64,000 bases of DNA, from NCBI GenBank assembly GCA_964648215.1, contig CAZYMF010000005.1, positions 888 through 64,887 on the forward strand, given 5' to 3'. Numbering within the stretch: the stretch's first letter is position 1; each line of letters begins with the position of its first letter. Made by a program: the position numbers and the translations under genes. This document shows positions 39,152 to 48,575 of the stretch, piece by piece. The DNA is from an uncultured Candidatus Binatia bacterium. GTDB lineage: Bacteria; Desulfobacterota; Binatia; HRBIN30; JACQVA1. The notes below the pieces were generated by a model. That model made no database searches. It had not been told where the DNA came from and saw nothing but the letters and a program-made list of their open reading frames with translations.

Positions 39152-40027
39152 GTGCGGAGTATGACTGGGTTCGGCCAAGCGACGACGCCGGGGCAGGGGC
39201 GCCGCATCACGGTGGAGGTGCGCTCGGTGAACCAGCGCTTTCTCGACGTCAAGCTCAACATGCCGCGCGAGTACACGCCGTGGGAGAAGGAGCTGCGCGG
39301 CCTGGTGCAGGCGGTGGTGGGGCGCGGCAAGGTGGACGTCGCGGTGAATCGCGGCGGCAACGCCGTCGGCGAGGTGAGCGTAGAGATCAACGAGCCGCTC
39401 GCACGCGCCTACCTGCGTGGACTACAGCGGCTCCAGAAGGGGTTGAAGCTCGGGGGATCGATTGATCTGTCGCTGCTGGTGAACCGCTCCGACGTCCTGC
39501 GCGTGGTGGAGCGGCGCGGCGATCCGAAGACGGAGATCCCGGCGGTGGAGAAGGCGTTGCGGGAGGCGCTGCGGCGCTTCAATCGAGACCGCGAGCGGGA
39601 AGGGCGCAGCCTGGCGCGCGACCTGCGCCAACGGCTGCACCACCTGCGCCAACTCAAGCGCGACATGCAGGGGCGCACGGGCCTGCTCGGACCGGCGCTC
39701 AAGCAGCGCCTGCACGCCCGCATGACCGAGCTGCTCGAGGGTGTGGCGCTGAAGGAAGAGCGACTGGTGCAGGAGGTGGCGCTGCTGGTCGAACGGGCGG
39801 ACGTGACCGAGGAGCTGGTGCGGCTGGAGAGCCACCTGGACGCGATGCAGACGGCCCTCGGCGCCAGCCAGCCGATCGGCCGGCAGCTCGATTTCCTGTT
39901 GCAGGAGATCCACCGCGAGATCAACACCATCGCCTCCAAGAGCGCCGACCTGGAGATGACCAATCTCAGCATCGCCGCGCGCGGCGAGGTGGAGAAGCTG
40001 CGCGAGCAGGTCCAGAACGTGGAGTGA
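39152..40027 (+). CDS. yicC: YicC family stress-induced protein
   Basis: With GTG 39152 the protein starts MRSMTGFG (E. coli YicC starts MIRSMTAY). RSVNQRFLD; C-terminal EIHREINTIASKS. GGGAGGAG upstream. Confidence 0.85.
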   Translation: MRSMTGFGQATTPGQGRRITVEVRSVNQRFLDVKLNMPREYTPWEKELRGLVQAVVGRGKVDVAVNRGGNAVGEVSVEINEPLARAYLRGLQRLQKGLKLGGSIDLSLLVNRSDVLRVVERRGDPKTEIPAVEKALREALRRFNRDREREGRSLARDLRQRLHHLRQLKRDMQGRTGLLGPALKQRLHARMTELLEGVALKEERLVQEVALLVERADVTEELVRLESHLDAMQTALGASQPIGRQLDFLLQEIHREINTIASKSADLEMTNLSIAARGEVEKLREQVQNVE

Positions 40028-40040
40028 GGGGGAAGGCGGC

Positions 40041-40394
40041 TCAGAGCTCGTCGCCGCCGTCGCCGTCCCCACCGCCGTCGTCCGACTCGATCTCGTCCAT
40101 CATCTGGTCGAAATCCTCGCCGCCGAGATCGTCTCCCATGTCCTTGCCCATCCGCCGCATCCAGCGGGCGACGCTCTTGGGATCGTTCTCGTCGAGGCCG
40201 GACAGCTTGCTGGGATCGCTCATCGCCTCGATGCGCGCATCCTCCGACTTGGGCATGGCGAAACGGGACAGCAAGCGCTCGGCGGCGGTGCTGCCACACT
40301 TGCTGCACTCGGGCTTGGGCGTTTCGCTCACCCGCAGCGTGAGGACACTGAAGCGCTTGCCGCATTTGCGACATCGGTACTCGTAGATGGGCAT
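40041..40394 (-). CDS. FmdB-family zinc-ribbon protein with acidic C-terminal tail
   Basis: MPIYEYRCRKCGKRF...CSKCGS (CxxC...CxxC). Confidence 0.8.
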   Translation of the reverse strand: MPIYEYRCRKCGKRFSVLTLRVSETPKPECSKCGSTAAERLLSRFAMPKSEDARIEAMSDPSKLSGLDENDPKSVARWMRRMGKDMGDDLGGEDFDQMMDEIESDDGGGDGDGGDEL

Positions 40395-40489
40395 GGCCGT
40401 GCTCCGTCCGCTCGCCAGTTAGCAGAAGCCGCCGAGGCGGACCAGTGGCGGGAAGGGCTCCGCCTTGACAGCCCGGACGGCCGTCCCTA

Positions 40490-41125
40490 GTGTTCCCGCG
40501 CGTGTACGAGGGTGCCACGAGCGAGCTGGCGACGATTTTCGGTGCGCCGCTGGACCGCCGCCGCTTTCTCAGGGGCAGCGCGGCGGGCCTCGCCGTGCTG
40601 GGGATCGGGTCGCTGCTCCCGGCGGGTTGCGCCCGCTATCCCGCCCCGGCGAAGAAGCTGCTCTTCTTCACGGCCAAGGAGTACGCCGTTCTCAACCAGG
40701 CCGCTGACCGTTTGCTCGGAGTCGCCGGCCGGGTGGGGACGGACGACGGGCAGGTCGACGTGGCCGCGAACCTCGACGGTTGGCTGGCCACCTGGGACGC
40801 CGACGCGCAGCAGCAGCTGCGCATCATGCTGCGGGTCTTCGAGCACGGCACGTCGTTGTTCGACTTGCAGCGCAAGCGCTTCACCCGCCTCGGCGCCGCC
40901 GCCAAGGACCGGTACATCGACGGCTGGATGCGCAGTACGCTCGGGGCCCGCCGCGCCGTCTTTCGCGGGTTGAAGGCGCTTGCCGCCGCCGGCTTCTACC
41001 AGGACCCGCGAGCGTGGCAGGATCTCGGCTACGACGGCCCGTGGCTGGGCCGGGTGAGCGCGTCCTCCAACGTCGTGCCCGAAGTCGCGGCGCCGCTGGC
41101 GGCGGTGCTCGAGCGCTCGTCGTAG
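40490..41125 (+). CDS. Tat-signal small subunit (gluconate 2-dehydrogenase subunit 3-like) of the GMC oxidoreductase
   Basis: Twin-arginine motif DRRRFLRGSAAGLAVLG. The start is uncertain: the track GTG 40490 lies inside a TTGACA (40465-40470)-N17-TAGTGT (40488-40493) promoter-like element, so GTG 40502 is an alternative. Confidence 0.7.
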   Translation: MFPRVYEGATSELATIFGAPLDRRRFLRGSAAGLAVLGIGSLLPAGCARYPAPAKKLLFFTAKEYAVLNQAADRLLGVAGRVGTDDGQVDVAANLDGWLATWDADAQQQLRIMLRVFEHGTSLFDLQRKRFTRLGAAAKDRYIDGWMRSTLGARRAVFRGLKALAAAGFYQDPRAWQDLGYDGPWLGRVSASSNVVPEVAAPLAAVLERSS

Positions 41126-41131
41126 GTCGCC

Positions 41132-42661
41132 GTGATCCTGGAGACGAGAACCGTCGATCGCGACGTGACGCTCGCCGCCGACGTGTGCGTCGTGGGCTCC
41201 GGTGCCGGCGGCGCGGTGGTCGCGGCGACCTTGGCACGAGCCGGGCGGGCGGTGGTGGTGGTGGAGCAGGGCGGCTACAACACGGGCAAGGATTTCACCC
41301 AGCGCGAAGAGCAGATGTACCCGCGGCTCTACCAGGGCGACGGGGCGCGGGTGGCCAGCGACGCCGCCGTGGTGATCTCGCAGGGGCGGACCGTGGGCGG
41401 CTCGACGGTCACCGGCTTCTGCGTGTGTGCCCGGCCGCCGCGCAAGATTCTGGACGCCTGGGAGCACAAGCTCGGCATTCCGGGCGTCGGCGCGGAGGCG
41501 ATGGCCCCGCACTATCGTCGCGTGGAGCAGACCCTCCGGGTGAGCCCGCTGACGGCAGAGCAGGTCAACAAGAACAATCAACTCGTCGAAGCCGGAGCCC
41601 ACCGCCTCGGATTCCGTACCACGCGACTGTCGCACAACCGGGTCGACTGTCTCGGCTGCGGCTACTGTGTGCTCGGCTGTGCCTATGACCGCAAGACCGA
41701 CGCGCTGAACACCTTTCTCCGAGAGGCGTCGGGCGCGGGGGCGGTGATCGTTCCGGACTGCCGGGTGGAGCAGGTGACGACGAGCGGAGCGCGGGCGTCG
41801 GGGGTCAGCGGTACATTCCTGCGCACGGCGGGCAAGCCGGCGGCGCTGACGGTGCGATCCAAGGTGGTGGTGCTGGCCGCGGGCGCGATTGCCTCGCCGC
41901 AGATCTGGCTGCGCAGCCGGTTGCCCAACGCCAACTGGCAAGTCGGTCGCAATCTGCGCCTGCATCCGCAGGCGCTGGTCGCGGGGATCTTCCACGAGCG
42001 GGTCGAAGGTTGGCGCGGGATTCCGCAGAGCGTCGTCGTCGACGAGTTCCTCCCCACGCGCGAGGCGACGGAGGGCGGCTTCCTCCTGGTTCCGACCTTT
42101 GCGTATCCGATCGCCATGGCCTCGCTGCTGCCCGGCTTCGGGGCCGATCATCGTCGCCTGATGGAGCTCTACCCCCACACCGGCCTGAGCGCGGTGATGC
42201 TGCACGACCGTTCCAGCGGAAGCGTCGAGGTCGACGGCAGCGGGCGCGCGTCGGTGAACTACACGCTCAACGAGGACGATCGGGCGACGCTGCTCGATGG
42301 CATGCAGCGGGCGGCCGACGTCTATTTCGCCGCCGGCGCCGAGCGCGTCGTGCTGCCCTTCAACGACGTGGTGGAGCTCTCGCGACGCGGCGACTACCGC
42401 GGGCTGGAGGAGCATCCGATCCGCGCCAATGACCCCATCCTTCTGTCGTTCCATCCGCAGGGCACGATGCGGATGGGATCCAATCGCCGGCGCTCGGTGG
42501 TCGACCCTCTCGGCGAGGCCCACGATGTCCCCGGTCTCTTCGTCGCCGACGCCGGCGTCTTCCCCGGTGCCGTCGCCGTTCCGCCGCAGCTCTCGGTCAT
42601 GGCCTTCGCCGAGCGGACGGCGCAGTACATCGCGCAGAAGGCGTCGCGGTACTTCGCGTAG
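41132..42661 (+). CDS. GMC family FAD-dependent oxidoreductase
   Basis: DVCVVGSGAGGAVVAATLARAG dinucleotide fold. C-terminal HPQGTMRMG and GLFVADAGVFP. Confidence 0.85.
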   Translation: MILETRTVDRDVTLAADVCVVGSGAGGAVVAATLARAGRAVVVVEQGGYNTGKDFTQREEQMYPRLYQGDGARVASDAAVVISQGRTVGGSTVTGFCVCARPPRKILDAWEHKLGIPGVGAEAMAPHYRRVEQTLRVSPLTAEQVNKNNQLVEAGAHRLGFRTTRLSHNRVDCLGCGYCVLGCAYDRKTDALNTFLREASGAGAVIVPDCRVEQVTTSGARASGVSGTFLRTAGKPAALTVRSKVVVLAAGAIASPQIWLRSRLPNANWQVGRNLRLHPQALVAGIFHERVEGWRGIPQSVVVDEFLPTREATEGGFLLVPTFAYPIAMASLLPGFGADHRRLMELYPHTGLSAVMLHDRSSGSVEVDGSGRASVNYTLNEDDRATLLDGMQRAADVYFAAGAERVVLPFNDVVELSRRGDYRGLEEHPIRANDPILLSFHPQGTMRMGSNRRRSVVDPLGEAHDVPGLFVADAGVFPGAVAVPPQLSVMAFAERTAQYIAQKASRYFA

Positions 42662-42762
42662 CTCTCGGACCGGGGCGGGCGATGTTTTCGGGTTCTCCCC
42701 GAACCCGGCACGCGCGCACGTCGCTTGACCGACCTCGGAGCCGCCGGTAGGTTCGACAGTCC

Positions 42763-44145
42763 ATGTCTACGCGTCTGTGTTCCCGTATCGCCGCCCTCTT
42801 GATGGCAACGGTGCTGGCGTGCTCGCCGGCGGCGGCGTTGACCTACGCCGAGCGGGTGCACGAGCAGGTGCTCCCCAACGGGTTGAAGATTCTGCTCCTC
42901 GAGGACCACAAGGCGCCCGTGGCCGTCTACCAGATCTGGTACCGCGTCGGGTCGCGCAACGAGACCGTCGGCCACACCGGGCTCTCTCATCTCCTCGAGC
43001 ATCTGATGTTCAAGGGCACGGAGAAGGTCGGGCCGGAGGAGTACTCCAAGATCATCCAGCGCAACGGCGGCAACACCAACGCCTTCACCACCCAGGACTA
43101 CACGACCTACTTCGCCACCATGGCCAGCGATCGGATCGCGGTCGTCAACGAGCTCGAGGCCGATCGGCTGGCGCATCTGCAATTCAAGGAGGATCTGTTC
43201 AAGCCGGAGCAGCGAGTTGTCATGGAAGAGCGACGGATGCGCACGACCGACAATCCGGTCTCGGCACTGTTCGAGCTCATCAACGCCACTGCCTACGTCG
43301 CCCACCCGTATCAGTGGCCGATCATCGGGTGGATGGACGACATCCGGCAGGCGACCTCGTCGGACGCCGAGCGGTACTTTCACACCTACTACCAGCCCAA
43401 CAACGCCGTGGTGATCGCCGTGGGCGACTTCGACAGCGCCGAGCTGGCGGCGGAGATCGCCAAGCAGTTCGGGTCGATCCCGAGCGGCGACTCGCCGCCC
43501 CCGGTGCGGTCGATCGAGCCGCAGCAGCAGGGGGAGCGCTCGGTCGTTCTCCGCCGCGAAGCGCAGTTGCCGTTCATCGGTATCGCCTACCATACCCCGA
43601 ACCTGCACAGCCCCGACGCGGCGGCGATCGAGATGCTGGCGGCCGTGCTGTCGGGCGGCAAGAGCGCCCGCCTCTACGAGCAACTCGTCTATCGCCGGCA
43701 GATTGCTCGCGATGTCGGCGCCAACAGCGACTACACCTCGGTGGACCCGGGAATGTTCACGGTCTACGCGCAGCCGCTGCCCGGCAAGAAGGTGAGCGAG
43801 GTTCGCCAGGCCCTGCTCGCCGAGATCGAGAAGATCCGGGAGAAGGCGCCGAGCGCGCGCGAGGTCGAAAAGGCACGCAACGGCATCGAAGCCGGGTTCG
43901 TCTTCGCCCAGGACTCGCTCTTCTATCAGGGCATGCTCTTGGGTCAGTACGAGATGGCCGGCGACTGGCGGCTGATCGACAAGTATCTACCGGCCATCCG
44001 CGCGGTCACCGCCGAGGACATCCGCCGCGTCGCAGCCGTCTACCTGATCGCCGACAACCGTACCATGGGCGTGCTGGAGCCCTTGCCGAGCAAGGCGGCG
44101 CAGCCGGCCCCGGCGGCGCTGCCTCCTCACGGGATGGTGCGCTGA
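42763..44145 (+). CDS. M16 family zinc peptidase (active subunit), lipoprotein-type signal
   Basis: Inverted zincin motif HLLEH (GLSHLLEHLMFKGT). Signal peptide with LAC lipobox. Confidence 0.85.
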   Translation: MSTRLCSRIAALLMATVLACSPAAALTYAERVHEQVLPNGLKILLLEDHKAPVAVYQIWYRVGSRNETVGHTGLSHLLEHLMFKGTEKVGPEEYSKIIQRNGGNTNAFTTQDYTTYFATMASDRIAVVNELEADRLAHLQFKEDLFKPEQRVVMEERRMRTTDNPVSALFELINATAYVAHPYQWPIIGWMDDIRQATSSDAERYFHTYYQPNNAVVIAVGDFDSAELAAEIAKQFGSIPSGDSPPPVRSIEPQQQGERSVVLRREAQLPFIGIAYHTPNLHSPDAAAIEMLAAVLSGGKSARLYEQLVYRRQIARDVGANSDYTSVDPGMFTVYAQPLPGKKVSEVRQALLAEIEKIREKAPSAREVEKARNGIEAGFVFAQDSLFYQGMLLGQYEMAGDWRLIDKYLPAIRAVTAEDIRRVAAVYLIADNRTMGVLEPLPSKAAQPAPAALPPHGMVR

Positions 44146-45527
44146 TGCGGCGGGCTCTCTTCCTCGTCGCCCTGGCGCCGACGCTGGTCTTCTCCCTGGC
44201 GGCCCAAGCCGGAAGTCCGCCCGCCGACTACGTCACGCTCGCCAACGGAGCGACGCTGATCGTCTCCGAGCAGCACAACGTGCCGATCGTCGCCGTGCAG
44301 GTGATCCTCGATGCGGGCGCTCGGCGCGATTCACCCGACAAGGCCGGAGTGGCCAGCCTGACGGCGGAGCTGCTGACCGAGGGCACCACGAAGCGCAGCG
44401 CGACCGAGATCAGCGATGCCGTCGACTTTCTCGGCGCCTCCCTGTCGGCGGGGGCCGCCACCGACTATGCCAGCGTCGGGCTCAGCGTGCTGAAGAAGGA
44501 CCTGCCGGCGGGCCTCGACCTGCTCACCGACGTCCTGCTGCACCCGAAGTTCGCCGCGGCAGAGATCCATCGTCGCCGGGAGGCGGTGCTGGCGAGCATA
44601 CGCGCCGCCGAAGACGACCCGGGCACGGTGGCGCAGAAGGCGTTCCAACGCGAGCTTTTCGCCGGCGAGCCCTACGGCCACCCGGTGGAAGGAACCCTGG
44701 AGTCGGTGCCGCGCATCGAGCGGGCCGATATCGCGGCTTTCTATCGCCAGCACTACCGTCCCGGTGGTGCGATCATCGCCGTGGTCGGCGACGTTTCCGC
44801 CGGCGCCATTCGGGCGCGGTTGGAGGCGGCGCTGGCCGGTTGGAGCGGTAGCGGCGAGCCGTTCCACTACCCGGCGGCGACGGTTCCACGGAAGAAGCTG
44901 ATCACGATCGACAAGCCGGTCACCCAGGCCAACATCATCCTCGGCGAGCGCGGCGTTGCCCGTGACAATCCCGACTACTACGCGATCACGGTCATGAACT
45001 ACATCCTCGGTGGCGGCGGATTCTCCTCGCGGCTGCTCGATGACATCCGTACCCAGGCCGGCTTGGCGTACTCCGTGGCGAGCTTCTTCACCGTCAACAA
45101 GTCCCCGGGCAGCTTCCAGGTGACGATGCAGACCAAGAACGCCTCCGCCGCCGAGGCCATCAAGCGCGCGCGGGCGGCCATCGAGCGCATCCGTCGCCAG
45201 GCGGTGAAGGACGAAGAGCTCAGTGAGGCGAAGCGCTATCTGACCGGCAGCTTCCCGCTGCGGCTCGACAGCGATCGCAAGATCGTCGGCTTCTTGTCTC
45301 AGGTCGAGTTCTACGGACTGGGGCGCGACTACGCCGACACCTATGCGGATCGCATCAATGCCGTCACCAAGGACGACGTGCTGCGCGTAGCCAAGCGGTA
45401 CATCGATCCCGCCAAGCTGTTGTTGGTCGTGGTCGGCGATCTCGCCCAGGTTCCCCTGGCCGAGATCAAATCGGAGGTGAGCGCGCCCGCGGCGGGCACG
45501 GAAACGGAGGACGACAGGCATGAGTGA
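44145..45527 (+). CDS. M16 family peptidase, second (probably non-catalytic) subunit
   Basis: The start MRRALFLVALAP at 44145 overlaps the preceding stop by 1 nt (TGATG) and is internal to track ORF 42777..45527. M16 fold pattern but no HxxEH motif. Confidence 0.8.
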   Translation: MRRALFLVALAPTLVFSLAAQAGSPPADYVTLANGATLIVSEQHNVPIVAVQVILDAGARRDSPDKAGVASLTAELLTEGTTKRSATEISDAVDFLGASLSAGAATDYASVGLSVLKKDLPAGLDLLTDVLLHPKFAAAEIHRRREAVLASIRAAEDDPGTVAQKAFQRELFAGEPYGHPVEGTLESVPRIERADIAAFYRQHYRPGGAIIAVVGDVSAGAIRARLEAALAGWSGSGEPFHYPAATVPRKKLITIDKPVTQANIILGERGVARDNPDYYAITVMNYILGGGGFSSRLLDDIRTQAGLAYSVASFFTVNKSPGSFQVTMQTKNASAAEAIKRARAAIERIRRQAVKDEELSEAKRYLTGSFPLRLDSDRKIVGFLSQVEFYGLGRDYADTYADRINAVTKDDVLRVAKRYIDPAKLLLVVVGDLAQVPLAEIKSEVSAPAAGTETEDDRHE

Positions 45528-45708
45528 CGATCCGGGGCGGGGGGAGTCTCGTGGGGATCCGCGCAAGGCGGCTTTGCTGGCACTGGTCCAAGCGGCCCCC
45601 GAGGGGGAGTTGCTCAGCCTCGTGCTGGACGGCTTCGAAGCGCTGGAACAGACGGACTTCGGAGAGCTGGAGCCGGTTGGTGTCGGGGCGCCGGTGAGCC
45701 GGCCATGA
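45520..45708 (+). CDS. Small acidic hypothetical protein, overlapping both neighbours
   Basis: 62-aa ORF. Its ATG overlaps the M16 stop by 8 nt and its TGA overlaps the amidase ATG (ATGA). Third-position GC is about three quarters by my count. No motif recognised. Confidence 0.35.
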   Translation: MSDDPGRGESRGDPRKAALLALVQAAPEGELLSLVLDGFEALEQTDFGELEPVGVGAPVSRP

Positions 45709-47105
45709 CGGAGGATCCGACCCGCAAGAGCGCGTCCGAGCTGGTCCAGCTACTGCGCCGGCGTCGGTTGGGCGCGGTGGAGCTGACGCAGGCGTTTCTG
45801 CGACGCATCGAGCACCTCGACGGCGAGCTCAACTGCTACATCACCGTCACCGGCGAGCAGGCGCTGCGCCAGGCGCGGCGGCTGGACCGCGAGAAGACGC
45901 CGCGCGGGCCCCTGCACGGCCTGCCACTGGCGCTGAAGGACCTGTGCGCCACCAAGGGAGTTCGCACCACCGCCGGGTCGAAGATTCTGGGGCAGTGGGT
46001 TCCCGGGTTCGACGCCACGGTGGTCGAGCGCTGGCGCGCCGCCGGTGCGGTCATCCTCGGCAAGCTCAACATGCACGAGCTCGCCTATGGCGTGACGACC
46101 AACAACCCGCACTACGGAGCGACCCACAACCCGTGGAAGCTCGATTGCATCCCCGGCGGGTCGAGCGGCGGCTCAGGCGCGGCCGTGGCCGCTTCGCTGT
46201 GCGCCGGCGCGGTCGGAACCGACACCGGCGGCTCGATTCGCATCCCCGCGTCCGCCTGCGGCGTGGTCGGGTTCAAGCCCACCTATGGGCGGGTGAGCCG
46301 CTACGGCGTGGTGCCGCTGAGCTGGTCGCTCGACCACGTCGGTCCTCTGGCAAAGACGGTCGAGGACGCGGCACTGCTGTTGCGGCACATGGCCGGCGCG
46401 GATACCCGCGACCGCACGTGCAGCACGCGACGCGTCGAGAACTACCGCGCCGCGGTCCGCCAGTCGCCCAAAGGGATGAAGGTCGGCGTGCCGCGCGAGC
46501 ACTTCTTCGACCTCCTGGCGGACGAGGTGCGCTCGGCCTTCGATGACGCGTTGGGCGTGCTGAAGAAGCTGGGGGTGCGGATCGTACCCGTGTCGTTGCC
46601 GTCGTTGTTGCTGTCGCAGCCGGCGGAGCTGGCGATCATGATGGCCGAGGCTTCGGCCTACCATGCCCGTACGCTACGCGAGCGGCCGAACGACTTCGGC
46701 GCCGACGTGCGCGGCCTGCTCGAGCTCGGCCGGCTGGTGCCCGCCACCTCGCTGGTGGCGGCGCAGCGGCTGCGGGCCCGGCTCGCCGAGGAGCTGGCCG
46801 CGACCTTCGCCAGAGTCGATGCGCTCGTGGTTCCGAGCCTGGCGGTTCCGGCGCCGCGCATCGCGGACTCCGCCATCACCGTGGAAGGGTTCACCGTCGA
46901 CGTGGGCACGGCGCTGTCGCGCAACATGATGCCGTTCAACCTGACCGGCGTGCCGGCGCTGGCGATGCCCTGCGGCCGGTCGCGGAAGGGCCTGCCGATC
47001 GCGCTGCAGCTCGTCGGACCCCCCTTCGGCGAAAGTGCGCTGGTGCGCTTGGGCCACGGCTACGAACAAGCGACGCCGTGGCACCAACTGCCCGAGTTCG
47101 GGTGA
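45705..47105 (+). CDS. Amidase signature (GatA-like) family amidase
   Basis: GLPLALKD, GGSSGGSGAAVA, GTDTGGSIRIPA. Confidence 0.85.
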   Translation: MTEDPTRKSASELVQLLRRRRLGAVELTQAFLRRIEHLDGELNCYITVTGEQALRQARRLDREKTPRGPLHGLPLALKDLCATKGVRTTAGSKILGQWVPGFDATVVERWRAAGAVILGKLNMHELAYGVTTNNPHYGATHNPWKLDCIPGGSSGGSGAAVAASLCAGAVGTDTGGSIRIPASACGVVGFKPTYGRVSRYGVVPLSWSLDHVGPLAKTVEDAALLLRHMAGADTRDRTCSTRRVENYRAAVRQSPKGMKVGVPREHFFDLLADEVRSAFDDALGVLKKLGVRIVPVSLPSLLLSQPAELAIMMAEASAYHARTLRERPNDFGADVRGLLELGRLVPATSLVAAQRLRARLAEELAATFARVDALVVPSLAVPAPRIADSAITVEGFTVDVGTALSRNMMPFNLTGVPALAMPCGRSRKGLPIALQLVGPPFGESALVRLGHGYEQATPWHQLPEFG

Positions 47106-47166
47106 GACGAGCGCGATCTTTCGCGCGAACGCCACCCTGTGCTATCAAGAAGGTGAACCGGGTGTG

Positions 47167-47466
47167 ATGTCTCTCGACAGTAACAAGCGGCTGTACCTCC
47201 GCCTGGGGGACAAGGTCAGCCACCGCGACTATCTGCAATGGGGGCAGGGTGTCGTCGTCGAGGAGATGACCTCGCGGCTCCCCGGTGGCACCTGCCTGGT
47301 GCGGATCAAGTTCCAGGACGGGCGCCAACGCACCTTCCACAACGATCTCGACAATCAGAATTGCTGCTACTACTTCGGCCTGCGGAAGTTCTGGGAGCTC
47401 GATCCCGAGACGTGCGAGGCCACCGCCGCGCCACGGGCTCGCCGACAGACGCGCCGGCTGACCTAG
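47167..47466 (+). CDS. DUF3553-like small protein
   Basis: LGDKVSHRDYLQWGQGVVVEE...VRIKFQDG resembles the G-x-V-x-H...WG-x-G-x-V core of DUF3553. ATG 47167 is internal to track ORF 47035..47466. Confidence 0.45.
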   Translation: MSLDSNKRLYLRLGDKVSHRDYLQWGQGVVVEEMTSRLPGGTCLVRIKFQDGRQRTFHNDLDNQNCCYYFGLRKFWELDPETCEATAAPRARRQTRRLT

Positions 47467-47503
47467 AGCCGGCGAGGGAGATTCGCCCGCGGCCGCCGCG
47501 CGG

Positions 47504-48061
47504 TCAGGCGCGGGCGGCCACGTCGGCGCCGCGGGCGATGCCTTCGGGCGAAAGGTAATCGGCGAGGAACCTGCGGAACGCTTTCACGGCCGCCTTGACG
47601 CCGTCGAAGGTCGCCTCGCGCACCCACTCCCCGTCGATCCAGCAGTCGAAAGACGGGGCGTCGCCGAGGGTGAGGTCGAGAATGCGTTCGCCGACGGGAT
47701 TCCCCGTGGCGAGGATCCGAATCGTGCGCCCGGAATCGATGATCGCCGCGCGCGCGTACGCGGGCAGGTTGATCAGTTGCTTGATGCGATCGAGCTCGCG
47801 TGCCGGGAACTTGTGATCGGCCAGTTGCACGTAACCCCAGCCGCCCTCGGGCGGGTTGGCCATCTGCAGCAGCTTGAGATTGTTGTCGGTGAGCCGATCG
47901 CGGGCGCGATCTTGCTCGAAATCGTGCGCCACGGTGAAGAAGCTGGTGCCGGCCGGCCCGGCGGGGCGCGTTTCCTTGGGGCGCTGCTTCGGAGCGGTCT
48001 CCACCCACCAGCGATCGGTGACCCGGGAGTCCGCTTGGTTGTCGGACGGCTTGTTGCTCAC
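47504..48061 (-). CDS. Hypothetical protein (185 aa), downstream partner of the SprT-like gene
   Basis: GTG start 4 nt after the upstream stop, on the same strand. No recognisable motif, signal peptide or TM segment. Confidence 0.55.
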   Translation of the reverse strand: MSNKPSDNQADSRVTDRWWVETAPKQRPKETRPAGPAGTSFFTVAHDFEQDRARDRLTDNNLKLLQMANPPEGGWGYVQLADHKFPARELDRIKQLINLPAYARAAIIDSGRTIRILATGNPVGERILDLTLGDAPSFDCWIDGEWVREATFDGVKAAVKAFRRFLADYLSPEGIARGADVAARA

Positions 48062-48065
48062 GGCT

Positions 48066-48512
48066 TCATCTACCCGGCGACCGCCGCTTGTGGCGCACCT
48101 GCCCGTTCTTGGCGCCGCCGTGACCGTTGCTGCGCGAGTGATTGACGCCGTTGCCGCGCATCATGCGGAAGGCGAAGGTATCGGCCTTGCGCTCGGCATC
48201 GGCCCAGAACACATAGTGGCCCATCTCGTGGAACACCATGTTGACCCATTGGCGCTCGGAGTTGTACTTGCGACCGTTCTTCCAGTTCTCGGGGTGGACC
48301 AGATGAATCTTGCCGTTCTCGTAGGTCTTGCCCGCGGTGCGCCCCCAGTCGATGTACTCGAACCACTCGACGCGGGGCCGCTTGAGGTGGAAGAAGCGAC
48401 ACAAGGCGCCCACGGCGCGATTGAAGTCGGCCGGCCGGTGCTCTTGAAAAAACGTACTCAAGAACCGCTGCATCGTGCGCCGCTCCTTCAGCGGCGGTAG
48501 GATCATTCGCAT
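48066..48512 (-). CDS. Minimal HExxH zincin (SprT-like / DUF45-like)
   Basis: WGRTAGKTYENGKIHL...VNMVFHEMGHYVF parallels the WGSC...I.L...HE..H layout of SprT/YgjP-type zincins. The C-terminal tail is basic and Gly/Asn-rich. ATG 48512 has GGAG about 11 nt upstream. Confidence 0.6.
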   Translation of the reverse strand: MRMILPPLKERRTMQRFLSTFFQEHRPADFNRAVGALCRFFHLKRPRVEWFEYIDWGRTAGKTYENGKIHLVHPENWKNGRKYNSERQWVNMVFHEMGHYVFWADAERKADTFAFRMMRGNGVNHSRSNGHGGAKNGQVRHKRRSPGR

Positions 48513-48546
48513 GTGATGGTACTCCGCACGGGGACAACGAACGGGG

Positions 48547-48575
48547 ACAATAGTGACCGAGCACACCCTTGTCAA
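48547..48575 (-). promoter_or_regulatory. Near-consensus sigma70-type promoter for the SprT-like two-gene module
   Basis: On the minus strand: TTGACA (48575-48570), 17-nt spacer, TATTGT (48552-48547). A 10-bp direct repeat TTGTCCCCGT (plus-strand ACGGGGACAA at 48528-48537 and 48541-50) overlaps the -10 and early transcript. Confidence 0.5.
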
